Shown: positions 12,357-23,337 of the stretch, in pieces
Layout of the letters: each line of letters begins with the position of its first letter
How positions within the stretch are numbered: position 1 is the first letter of the stretch
Assembly: GCA_038087875.1 (NCBI GenBank)
Contig: JAXLNO010000471.1
Location: 1 to 64,000, forward strand
DNA: 64,000 nucleotides
Reading direction: 5' to 3'
Source: Malacoraja senta
Taxonomy: Eukaryota
The notes under the pieces: generated by a model
The model's input: the letters and a program-made list of their open reading frames with translations, nothing else
What the model was told of the DNA's origin: nothing
The model's database searches: none
Position numbers and translations under genes: made by a program

Positions 12357-12648
12357 GGGTATTTCGCTTGGGTAGTCTGCACTCCAGCGGTATCAACATT
12401 GACTTCTCTAATTTTAGTTAGTCCTTGTCTTCTCCCTCCTCCCCCTCCCCCTTCCCAGTTCTCCTTCTAGTCCTACTGTCTCCACTTCTTCCTTTTTTTC
12501 CCGCCCCCTCCCCACATCAGTCTGAAGAAGGGTCTCAACCCGAAACGTCGCCTATTCCTTCGCTCCATATATGCTGCACCACCCGCTGAGTTTCTCCAGC
12601 ATTTTTTGTCTACCTTCAATTTTTCCAGCATCTGCAGTTCTTACTTAA
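12357..12648 (+). mobile_element. Penelope-like element 3' fragment with hammerhead-like core
   Basis: ..FRLGSLHSSGINIDFSNF, then CTGAAGAAGGGTCTCAACCCGAAACGTC (12522-12549) and the conserved terminal repeat. Confidence 0.75.
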
Positions 12649-12930
12649 ATAGATATTTGAGAAAACTGAACCAGCGGGCAGCGGCACGAACGACCGACGG
12701 TTTCGCCCCGGTGGTGGAAGTTTTCATGTAAGTTATACTATGTTACGTTAATAATAACATTAATATTAACGTGTTAACATAGAACACGTCATTGTAATCA
12801 TGGTACAACTAGAGAAAATAGCACAAACTTTTTAGCAAAACGGCAAAAAAAGGCTGATTTGGGCACTTAATCATGAAAAAAAGGCATTACCCGGTGAAAT
12901 CAACAAAAAAGGCATGAAAAGGCACATGGC

Positions 12931-14247
12931 ATTCCTTGCATAGGTCCCCTGGCGATCTAGGTGCTGTAGGATGAAGTGCAGGCCCAGGTTGACTGCATCA
13001 TCCACAGATCTATTGGCCCGATATGCAAACTGCAGAGGGTCCAGCAGGGAGTTTGTGATATGTTTCAGCTTGGCCAGCACAAGCCTTTCGAGTGTCTTCA
13101 TGACTACAGAGGTCAGTGCGACAGGCCTGTAGTCATTAAGACAAGTAATCCTTGCCTTTTTGGGTACAGGGACAATAGTGGAGACTTTGAACCAGGCAGG
13201 GACAGTACATGTTTGCAGGGACTGGTTAAAAATGTCTGTAGACCGGTGCAAGCTGTTTGCACAGAGCTTAAGAGTAGAGGGGGAAACATTGTCAGGTCCT
13301 GGAGATTTCCGGCTCTTTTGTCCTCTGAAAAGCCTCTCCACCTCCTTTATTTTTATTGTTGATATTGGATAAGTTATGTTGTGTAGCACAGAGGGTGTGG
13401 GTGATTGGGTGTGAAGTGGTGATTGGAGGGGGGTGAGTGAAGAAAGGCCTACTTTTTGCAGACTGAGGTCAGGCTGTGAGTGGGTGTGAGGTGTTGGTTG
13501 GGGTGGGAAATGGTCCAGTCTTTTCATACTGGTCTTGCCTTAAGTAGGTGTGAAGTGGTGAATGGGAAGGAGAGGGTGCATTCTTTGTAGACTGAGGTCT
13601 GGCTGTGTTGGTTGAGGAGGGGGGAAGGGGGTACCAGGGTTACGTTTCTGATTTTCAAACCTGCAGTAAAACTCATTCAGATCGTTGGTCAGCGGACGAT
13701 TGTCCAAAGAGCGGGGCATTTCCTCTTGTAGCTGGTAATTTCTTGCAAGCCCTTCCAAACTGAAGAAGAGTCACCAGCTGAGAACTTGCACCTCAACTTC
13801 TCAGAGTACCATTCCTTGGCAGCTCTGATTCCTCTTCTCAGCTTGTACTTGGCCTGCCTGTAGAGTTCTGCATCCCCGCTCCTGTAGGCCTCCTCTTTAG
13901 ACCGTCGGAGCTGTCTGAGTTCTGCAGTGAACCAGGGCTTGTTGTTGTTGAACCATGTCCGGGTCTTAGTTGGAATGCAACTGTCCTCGCAAAAGCTGAC
14001 ATATGATGATACAGTGTCCGTATACTCATCGAGGCTTGCGGTTGCTTCCCTTAACACATTACAATCCGTGCAGTCAAAGCAGGATTGTAGGTTCTCAATG
14101 CCCTCGCTTGTACACCTTTTCGTTGTTCTGACCACAGGCTTACCAGCTTTTAGTTTCTGCCTGTAGGTTGGAATAAGGTGAACTAGACAATGATCAGAGA
14201 GACCCAGACCCGCCCGGGGAACAGAGCGATATGCGTTCTTGATTGCC
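12931..14247 (-). mobile_element. Rex1/Babar-clade LINE internal fragment (end of APE domain to RT N-terminus)
   Basis: [80 protein letters not shown], with frameshifts. Confidence 0.85.
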
Positions 14248-16240
14248 ATATAGAAACATAGAAACATAGAAATTAGGTGCAGGAGTAGGCCATTCGGCCC
14301 TTCGAGCCTGCACCGCCATTCAATATGATCATGGCTGATCATCCAACTCAGTATCCCGTACCTGCCTTCTCTCCATACCCTCTGATCCCTTTAGCCACAA
14401 GGGCCACATCTAGCTCCCTCTTAAATATAGCCAATGAACTGGCCTCGACTACCCTCTGTGGCAGAGAGTTCCAGAGATTCACCACTCTCTGTGTGAAAAA
14501 AGTTCTTCTCATCTCGGTTTTAAAGGATTTCCCCCTTATCCTTAAGCTGTGACCCCTTGTCCTGGACTTCCCCAACATCGGGAGCAATCTTCCTGCATCT
14601 AGCCTGTCCAACCCCTTAAGAATTTTGTACGTTTCTATAAGATCCCCTCTCAATCTCCTAAATTCTAGTGAGTATAAACCAAGTCTATCCAGTCTTTCTT
14701 CATAAGACAGTCCTGACATCCCAGGAATCAGTCTGGTGAACCTTCTCTGCACTCCCTCTATGGCAATAATGTCCTTCCTCAGATTTGGAGACCAAAACTG
14801 TACGCAATACTCCAGGTGTGGTCTCACCAAGACCCTGTACAACTGCAGTAGAACCTCCCTGCTCCTATACTCAAATCCTTTTGCTATGAAAGCTAACATA
14901 CCATTCGCTTTCTTCACTGCCTGCTGCACCTGCATGCCTACTTTCAATGACTGGTGTACCATGACACCCAGGTCTCGCTGCATCTCCCCTTTTCCTAGTC
15001 GGCCACCATTTAGAAAATAGTCTGCTTTCCTGTTTTTGCCACCAAAATGGATAACCTCACATTTATCCACATTATACTGCATCTGCCAAACATTTGCCCA
15101 CTCACCCAGCCTATCCAAGTCACCTTGCAGTCTCCTAGCATCCTCCTCACAGCTAACACTGCCCCCCAGCTTAGTGTCATCCGCAAACTTGGAGATATTG
15201 CCTTCAATTCCCTCATCCAGGTCATTAATATATATTGTAAATAGCTGGGGTCCCAGCACTGAGCCTTGCGGTACCCCACTAGTCACTGCCTGCCATTGTG
15301 AAAAGGACCCGTTTACTCCTACTCTTTGCTTCCTGTTTGCCAGCCAGTTCTCTATCCACATCAATACTGAACCCCCAATGCCATGTGCTTTAAGTTTGTA
15401 TACTAATCTCTTATGTGGGACCTTGTCGAAAGCCTTCTGGAAGTCCAGATACACCACATCCACTGGTTCTCCCCTATCCACGCTACTAGTTACATCCTCG
15501 AAAAATTCTATAAGATTCGTCAGACATGATTTACCTTTCATAAATCCATGCTGACTTTGTCCAATGATTTCACCACTTTCCAAATGTGCTGCTATCCCAT
15601 CTTTAATAACCGACTCTAGCAGTTTCCCCACTACCGATGTTAGACTAACTGGTCTGTAATTCCCCGTTTTCTCTCTCCCTCCCTTCTTAAAAAGTGGGGT
15701 TACGTTTGCTACCCGCCAATCCTCAGGAACTACTCCAGAATCTAAAGAATTTTGAAAGATTATTACTAATGCATCCACTATTTCTGGAGCTACTTCCTTA
15801 AGTACTCTGGGATGCAGCCTATCTGGCCCTGGGGATTTATCGGCCTTTAATCCATTCAATTTACCCAACACCACTTCCCGACTAACCTGGATTTCACTCA
15901 ATTCCTCCAACTCCTTTGACCCGCGGTCCCCTGCTATTTCCGGCAGATTATTTATGTCTTCCTTAGTGAAGACGGAACCAAAGTAGTTATTCAATTGGTC
16001 CGCCATATCCTTGTTCCCCATGATCAACTCACCTGTTTCTGACTGCAAGGGACCTACATTTGTTTTAACTAATCTCTTTCTTTTTACATATTTATAAAAA
16101 CTTTTGCAGTCAGTTTTTATGTTCCCTGCCAGTTTTCTTTCATAATCTATTTTTCCTTTCCTAATTAAGCCCTTTGTCCTCCTCTGCTGGTCTCTGAATT
16201 TCTCCCAGTCCTCTGGTATGCTGCTTTTTCTGGCTAATTT
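14248..16240 (-). mobile_element. Young 5'-truncated CR1/HER1 LINE with uninterrupted reverse-transcriptase frame
   Basis: ORF 14348-16048 (566 aa; the frame stays open to ~16240) with KSPGPD, NYRPVSLTS, YLDFQKAFDKVPH, GVPQGSVLGP and KFADD. (ctatgttt)n tail at 14248-14272. Confidence 0.95.
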
Positions 16241-16284
16241 GTGCGCAACAGTGATCGAGTGTTAAAATTTGTATAACAGTGATC

Positions 16285-19110
16285 GAGTGTTAAAAATGCA
16301 TTTGTATAGTAAAAGGAACTAAATGATGCACAGCGACCTGACAAACATTTCATCCTCTTCCCCCACAGTTCTCTTCCACCTATATCCCTCCCTCGGACTT
16401 TACATTTCATTCCTCTTCTCTCCTTATTTGAAACCCTTGTATTCTTTTTACTTCTTGCCTTCATCCACCTATCTACCAATCACCCCCTTTTACCTGTGTC
16501 CACCTATTGCATGCCAGGTTTTGTCCCACCCCTACATGTCTTTTCCAGCTCTCTCCCTCAACTATCATCATCCGAAGAAGGGTCCTGATCCATATCATCA
16601 ACTATCCACTCCCTCCACAGATGCTGCCTGGCCTTCAACACTTTTGTGTTTTGTGTAAAAAAAGGAACTGCATGTGCGCGATCATGAAAGCAAATATTAA
16701 TGCAAAAAAGGAGCGGGGGGGGGGGGGGGAAAGAGGGTGCAATGAAACAAAATACAAACATAATGCTTTCTGTACAGATTGCCAGTGTTAAGATCAGCCT
16801 TCACCCCGCACAGAAGTTATTTTGAATTACATTAAAAATCTATAATGAAAAACTACTCAGGGAGCTGGCAAACAATTCTCCCCCTTTATTTTAAGATGGA
16901 AACAATTATTAAAAAGGGAACTGACAAGTATTCTGCATCAAAAGCATTTTTTTTCTCCTTTGATTCTTTCCCAGACAACAAATCTTTAAACAGAAATTAT
17001 TTTGTACTGTTCTGGTGTGCCTAATGTGGAACGAGGCACATCAAAAGTCACACACCATTGTAAACACGTGCAGGTTTCAATGAAACACAAAATGCAAACA
17101 AATGCTAAGCCTGCTGTCCACACTGCCCGTGTTAAAAATTCCATCAGCCTCCACCCTGCACAGAAGAGACAAAGGAACTGCCGATGCAGGAAATTCCCTT
17201 CACAGATGCTGCCTGACCCAATGAGTTCATCTAGCACTCTGTGTTTCACCTGGTACAGAAGTTATTTTGAATAGCATTAAAAATGCATTAGTTTAATGAA
17301 AACTAAAACTGACAGGGACAGTGCACAGGGACCAGCAAACATTTATCCCTCTTTGTAATTTATTTTAAAAGGGGACTGACAAGTGTTCAATTTCACAAGC
17401 AGATATAAAAACAAAAGGACCAGAGGGACAGGAGGGAGGGGTAAGGGTGCAATGAATCTTTAAGTACAATCTGATGCAATGCTTTCTGTCTACGCAGCTT
17501 ATGCTAAGGTTGTAATCAGCCCTCACCCTGCACAGGAGAACGGATATACAAGGAAATACAGAAGCACGGAATTCCCTCCACAGATGTTGCTTGACCCACT
17601 GACTTACTCCAGCTCTTTGTGTTTCACCCTGTATAGAAGTTGCTTTGAATGATATCAAAAATGCAGGAGTTTAATGAAGAGAACTACATTATGCTCAGGG
17701 ACTTGTGAAACATTCCTCTATCTTTAGTGCTGGATGGAAATATGTTTTAAAAAGGGAACTGACAAGTGCACAATCACAAAAGAAATTGCCTAATGTTGAA
17801 CTAGCCACATAAAAGTCAGACATCATTGTAAACAGATGTACGTTTCAATGAAACACAAAATACAAACTAAAACTACACTCTGGGCAGCACAGTTGCACAG
17901 CGGTAGTTGCTGCCTCAGACCCAGATTCAATCCTGACTACGGGTGCTGTCTGTACGAAGTTTTACGTTCTCCCTGTCATCACATGAGTTTTCTCTGGGTG
18001 CTCCGGTTTCCTCCCACATTCCAAAGATGCACAGGTTTGTAGGTTAATTGGCTTGGGTAAAATTGTAAATTGTCCCTAGTGTGTCGGATAGTGCTAGTGT
18101 ATGGGGTAATCGCTGGTCGGCGCAGACTCAGTGGGCCGAAGGGCCTGTTTCCGTGCTGTATCTCTAAAGTTTAAAGTTCTGTCCCTATTGCTTGTGCTAC
18201 GATTTTCATCGACGTCCACCTGTACAGAGGTTACTTTGAATGTCATTAAAAATCCAATAGTATAATGAAAAGAACTGCACGTGCACAGACAGGGGAACTG
18301 ACAAACATTTCTCCCATTATTAATGGATGGCAACAATTTTTTTTTGAAAGGGAATCGACAAGTGTTCAATCGGAAAATGCAACAGGAGGAAGGGAAAGTT
18401 TGTGCAATGAAACACAAAGCAACACAACGTTTTCGGCCCACATTGCCTGTGCTACGATTTACATCAAGAATGGAGACACAACTACAATGGATGTTGGCAA
18501 TTTCCTCCACAAATGCTCCCAAACCTGTTGAGTTATTCCAGCACTTTGTATTTCACCCTGCTTGGAGATTAATTTGAATCCCATTAAAAATACATTAGCA
18601 TAACGAAAAGAACTACACTATGCACAGGTATTTGGCAAACAATTCCTCCTCTGTTTTATTTAATGGAAACTTATATTTAAAAGGACCTGACATGTGTTCA
18701 ACATCAACGGCAGATATAAAAGTATCAGGGGGAAAGTAGATGCAGTCCAACACAAAATAAGATTTCCAACAGCCTCTACCCCTTTACTTTGAATGACGTT
18801 AAAAATGCATTAATTTAATGAAACGAACTACACAGGGACGACGTATGGAGGCTTGCAAACATGTCTCCCTCTTTATTATTGGATGACAACATTTGGTTTT
18901 AAAAGGGAACTAACATGGGTGTAATCTCAAAAGCAATTAATAAAACAAAGGAAGCAGGAGGTAAAGGGTGCAATGACTCAAAATAAAAGTATGATTTCCA
19001 TCAGCCTCAATCCTGTATATAAATTACTTTACATGCTATTATAAATGTATCAGGATAATAAAAATAACTACTCAATGCACATGGACCAGGCAAACAAGTC
19101 TCCCTCTTTG
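16285..19110 (+). repeat. Degenerate tandem array (~8 copies, 220-590 bp spacing) of an unclassified AT-rich unit
   Basis: Recurrent block 'agttattttgaat..cattaaaaatgcatta..taatgaaaagaactac...caaacattt/ctccctcttt...aaaagggaactgacaagtg' starts near 16290, 16812, 17257, 17635, 18224, 18565, 18785 and 19020. Confidence 0.75.
17882..18176 (+). mobile_element. HE1-like SINE inserted in the intronic tandem array
   Basis: tRNA-like head, central core, CR1-type tail gggccgaagggcctgtttccgtgctgtatctctaaa. Confidence 0.8.
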
Positions 19111-19119
19111 AAGGATGTT

Positions 19120-19472
19120 ACGGGGGGGATGGGGTAGAGGGGATGGGGGAGCGGGCTAACAGGGGATTGGGGGGGCGGGGTAGTAGGGGGTGGAGCAACT
19201 GGAATAGCAGGGGATGGGGAGGGAAGTGGGGATGGCGATGCAGGGGGAAGTGGGGTAGTAGGGGATGGGGAAGTGGGGTAGTAGGTGATGGGGATGGGGG
19301 GAGTGGGATAGCAGGGGATCGGGTAGCGGGGGGGTGGGGAGAAGCGGGGTAGCAGGGAATGGAGGGAGCAGGGGATGGGGAGCGCTTGGGGTAGCAGGGG
19401 ACGGGGATGGGGCGGGTTAGCAAGGGATGGGGGGAGCGGGGGAACGACTGGAGTAACAGGGGGTGGGGGGTC
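19120..19472 (+). repeat. G-rich low-complexity tract (degenerate ggggtagcaggggat repeats), G-quadruplex potential
   Basis: Dozens of G3-G7 runs with short spacers at the start of intron 1. Confidence 0.8.
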
Positions 19473-19479
19473 AGGACTG

Positions 19480-19905
19480 ATGACAGGAGCCGACCAGCGA
19501 CAGCACCAACCTTCCGGGAACCTTGCTGTTCCGCTTCCAGAACTGCCGCCTGTTCTCACTCGCCATCCCCCTTCACGCTCTCCGGTCTCCAAAGATCCCT
19601 CCCCTCGGTGGGTGGGCGGGTGATAGTGCGAGCGCGGCAACCCCCGGCGGCGGCAGTGGCGGCGCGATGCAACGCCGGGGATTACAGGAAGGTCAGCGGC
19701 CGCCAGCGCCCCGCGCCAGCCGTACAGCGGGCGGCCATGTTGGCGGACGGGGCTTGTGCTGCCTCCTGATTGGCCGGGCCAGTCCAGCCTGCACCCGCAG
19801 GCCAATGGCAGCGCGCGTTGTTGGCTGGTGCCGGTCTCCTAGGCGATGGCATGGGTCGGATTGGCAGGCGGCTGGAGCAGGCCGAGTGGCCCCCGGGGAC
19901 ATTGT
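19480..19905 (-). promoter_or_regulatory. CpG island / promoter and 5'UTR of TBC1D22B
   Basis: High GC and CpG density in an AT-rich background. CCAAT boxes at 19769-19773 (ATTGG), 19802-19806 (CCAAT) and 19860-19864 (ATTGG). YY1-like GCGGCCATGTT at 19731-19741. RFX X-box-like GTCTCCTAGGCGAT at 19834-19847. Directly upstream of the exon-1 ATG. Confidence 0.8.
19511..19566 (-). CDS. TBC1D22B: TBC1 domain family member 22 (Rab-GAP), coding exon 1; best match TBC1D22B
   Basis: Minus strand reads ATG GCG AGT GAG AAC AGG CGG CAG TTC TGG AAG CGG AAC AGC AAG GTT CCC GGA AG|GTTGGT = MASENRRQFWKRNSKVPG(S). This matches the recalled TBC1D22A/B N-terminus (human 22B MAAENSKQFWKRSAKLPGS). 56 nt, phase-2 GT donor, inside a CpG island. 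Paralog choice rests on the 18-codon length and the exon-2 end. Confidence 0.85.
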
Positions 19906-20484
19906 TCCCAAGCTGTCAGCTCACAACAGCCCTCAACGATGTTTACACGCCTGATGCAGCGATTAGATTACTTCCAACATCACACTCGTCCAGGTCGTTG
20001 CTTTATTTACCGTTTTCTTTTCCTCAACTGCAACTGTAACTGTGGTTCAAAAGCAAAAAGCTCAGCTGCTGGAGTTCTGGCATTCGAGACATACAACACG
20101 TCTCTCTCTCCTCGCATAAATAGGGGCATTACAGACGGGACGTTTCCATCTTACAGCCTGAAGAAGGATTCCGACCAGAAAAGTCACCTTTTTTCTCCAG
20201 AGATGTTGCCTGACCAGCCGAGTGTCTATTTTCAGCAATGTGTGCCTATCTTCGGCATAAACCAGCATTTGTAGTTCCTTCCTGTACATTACAAAAGATT
20301 GTTTTACAATCCTTGAAGACTTCACTGGAATTTTAGGATGCATCTGGAAACAAGTGTTTCAGCCCACCATCCATGCTGACAAAGATCCCCCATCTACACT
20401 AATCCCACCTGCAAATATTTGGCCCATATCCCTCAAAACTTTTCCTATTCATGTACCTGTCCAAATAACCTTTATAACCATACA

Positions 20485-23337
20485 GTAATGCAGAAGAAGT
20501 ACTATTATACATTACAAAATCGCAAATTAGCATACCAAATATATTAAATTTAATAGAGGAATTCGGTTCCTTCTCAGGATAAAGAACAAATTGGAACAAA
20601 AGCGAAATTATGACGATAAAACCTCAAGAGCTGACACACCTTTTTAAATTTCCCTTTAGAATTGCTACAGAAAAATTTAAATATCTGGGTATCCAAATTA
20701 CCAGAAAATATAAGTCTTTATTTAATGCAAACTATATGCCCTTACTTACCAAATTAAACGCTTTGATTAAATTTTGGAAAACACTTCCGATGTCTTTAAT
20801 AGGCAGAATAAATGCCATAAAAATGATTTATCTCCCACAAATTTTGTATTTATTTCAATCAATACCAATATACTTACCTAAATTTATTTTTTTTAAACTC
20901 GATTCTTACATCACAAATTTTATTTGGGATTATAAATCCCATAGAATCCAAAGAATACACTTGTGTAAACCCAAAGAATTCGGTGGACTGACACTGCCCA
21001 ATTTTTTGTACTATTACTGGGCAGTGAATATCAAAAATATAATTTACTGGTTGGACAATTCTGCCCAACAGGTAGACTGGATAGTAATGGGGAGAGAGGA
21101 TTGTTCTCCTTTTAACATAGGAGCGATAAAACTGAATAATACAATATACAAAAAGAATCCAATTATTCATAGCACAATACGAATTTGGAAACAAATAAAA
21201 CTAACTCTCAAATTAAGAAATCTATCGCTTCTCTCTCCTGTAGTTAATAATCCGTCGTTTAAACCATCTATTATTGATAAAACGTTTACTCATTGGGAAA
21301 GAATAGGAATTAAAACGTTTGGAGACATGTATGAAATGGGAAATCTCTTATCATTCCAACAATAGCAACTTAAATACAACCTGAAAAGTAATCAGTATTT
21401 TAAATACCTTCAAATTCGAGATTACTTGAAAAAATATACACAAGAATATCAAACTCTGACCTCAAATCTATTAGATGAAGGCATGAATAGAAAGGCGGAA
21501 TTAAATAATTTAATATCATACTTATATAATATCATTCTAAATATAGAAATACCATCTTCAGATGCAATTAGAAGAGAGTGGGAGCAAGAACTATCTATAA
21601 AAATTTTGAAAGACAGATGGGATAAATATTTGCTATATGTACACAAATGTTCGATTAATGTAAGACATACCTTAATTCAATTAAAAATTTTACACAGACT
21701 ATATCACTCGAAAACTAAACTGAATAAAAAATTTCCAAATGTTTCTCCCATCTGTGATAAATGCTTATCTCAAGTTGCAACTATAGCACACTCCTTTGTC
21801 TCCTGCATAAAATTCCATAAATTTTGGAAAGAAATTTTTGAAATCTTCACAAAATTATTTAAAATAAAATTGGACCCCAACGCAGAATTGATTATTTTTG
21901 GAACAATGGAAGCCGGCTCTGAGCTGACTTCGTTCCAAAACTGTCTCCTTAACTATGGCTTGATAACGGCAAAAAAACATACTCAAATTCTGGAAAAATG
22001 CAACCACCCCAACGCTTAAAATGTGGATTTCAAGCATGTCTGAAATGTTACATCTCGAAGATATGAGATTCGTCCTAGCAGGTAAGGTAGACCAATTCTT
22101 AAAGATTTGGTCTCCTTTTATCGACTTATTACAAGTATATGGTGCAACATAACCCTGGAAATTAACAGTTTCAGAACTGGGTGAGGGGTGTGGAAAGATA
22201 TGAAGCAGGTATAGGGAGGTTTCACGGCAGTCGGGTCACGACCCCATGACGCGTACTGTTGCTACGCTACGCCAAATGGATTACACGCGATGAACTGCAG
22301 GCAAGCACTTACCATTGTTTCCAGCGTAGCGGGCCCGTTAAAACCCGCCGAAATGGTCAATTTTTGCGCTGTAAATAATTATGGAAATCGGGATAAGCGT
22401 GAGAGACATTTAGCCAACTTCAGAATTCAAAAAGTGAGGAGAAATGACGGTAGATTGAAGCGAGAGCTGAAAGGAACAACAACAGCCAGAGTGCTTGGCG
22501 AACATTGGCCGTTTGCTCACTGCATTTCATCAACTAAGGCATTATTTGTGTTTTTTCTTGATTCCTTTGGCATCTAAAAAGTTTCAGAAGGGATAATCGC
22601 CCCTGGTTCTCGTGGGTTTTTACATACAAAAATAAAACGCCTCTGAAGCAAAATTTACAACCAGATTTACCACTTAATGAAATGCAGCGAACAAACGCGA
22701 TAAATCCCGATATTTTCAATTCCGATATCTGCACGGCCAATGTTCACCAAGCACTTTAGCTGTTGTTGTCCCTTCAGCTCTCGCTTCTCTTTACCTTCAT
22801 TTTGCTTCACTTTTGGAATTCTGAAGTTGGGTACATGTCTCTCACACTTACCCCGACTTCCACAATTTTTTACAGCGAACAAATTCAACATTTTGGCGTT
22901 TTTTCACAGGTAGGAAAGTACACGTTTCTTGTATTAATAACATATACCGGAAGTGACGGATGTCTTCCAGATGGATTGAGCGGCTCCGTGCGTCAAGCCC
23001 TATGACCCGGTGACCTTACGTGCAACCCCCCTATATCCCTTTTCCCTTTTATTTTTTTTTCCTGTTTTGGTTTCTTTTTTTTTTTAATTTTTTTTAACTC
23101 TTTTTATTTCTCTTCCATTATATCTTTACGGGTTCTTTCTCTCTATTCTTTTACGAACTATCAATATCACTACTTTACTTAACTTTCTCTTTCCCTCTTT
23201 TTATTGCTTCTGTTACTTCACTATTATTAAATTTAAAACAAGAAGTTGTCCACGAAATGTATTATGTTATACACGGTTTATACTACTGTACATTGCTTCT
23301 AATAAAAATATTAATTAAAAAAAAAAAAAAAAAAAAT
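20485..23337 (+). mobile_element. 5'-truncated L1-clade LINE (decayed ORF2, poly(A) tail), interrupted at 22213-23032
   Basis: FKYLGIQIT..SLIGRINAIKMIYLPQILYLFQSIP..GGLTLPNF..YYWA, CCHC-like CDKC..AHSFVSC, AATAAA and A-tail at 23301-23337. Stops and frameshifts present. Confidence 0.9.
22213..23032. mobile_element. Non-autonomous ISL2EU-like (PIF/Harbinger-related) DNA transposon with two convergent THAP-like fragments
   Basis: TIRs AGGGAGGTTTCACG / CGTGCAACCCCCCT flanked by AT; removal restores L1 UTR ggtatatccct. Plus MVNFCAVNNYGNR..FRIQKV and minus MLNLFAVKNCGSR..FRIPKV..IYRVCSLHF are THAP-like. Confidence 0.7.

Larger units (their letters stand above)
9897..12930 (-). mobile_element. Decayed hAT-superfamily DNA transposon with CGGBP1-like transposase, interrupted by L1 and Penelope insertions
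   Basis: Minus translations FSSDLCKAFIDAGMPLWKLENKSLRGFLEKY..IWISIDETTD..LFVTD..PYM..HLTCLTQGLH (11710-12350) and YAPVTSAGVERSFSQLKHILSDRRHSLT (10093-10350, hAT dimerisation motif). aaaaggca subterminal repeats at both ends. Confidence 0.8.

Noticed and set aside
14348..16048. 566-aa ORF as a host gene
   Set aside because: It is CR1 reverse transcriptase with a LINE tail and near-identical copies elsewhere in the window.
19068..19805. 245-aa proline-rich minus ORF and other overlapping ORFs in the CpG island
   Set aside because: Low-complexity, GC-driven open frames. The conserved coding signal is a different frame (19511-19566) ending at a splice donor.
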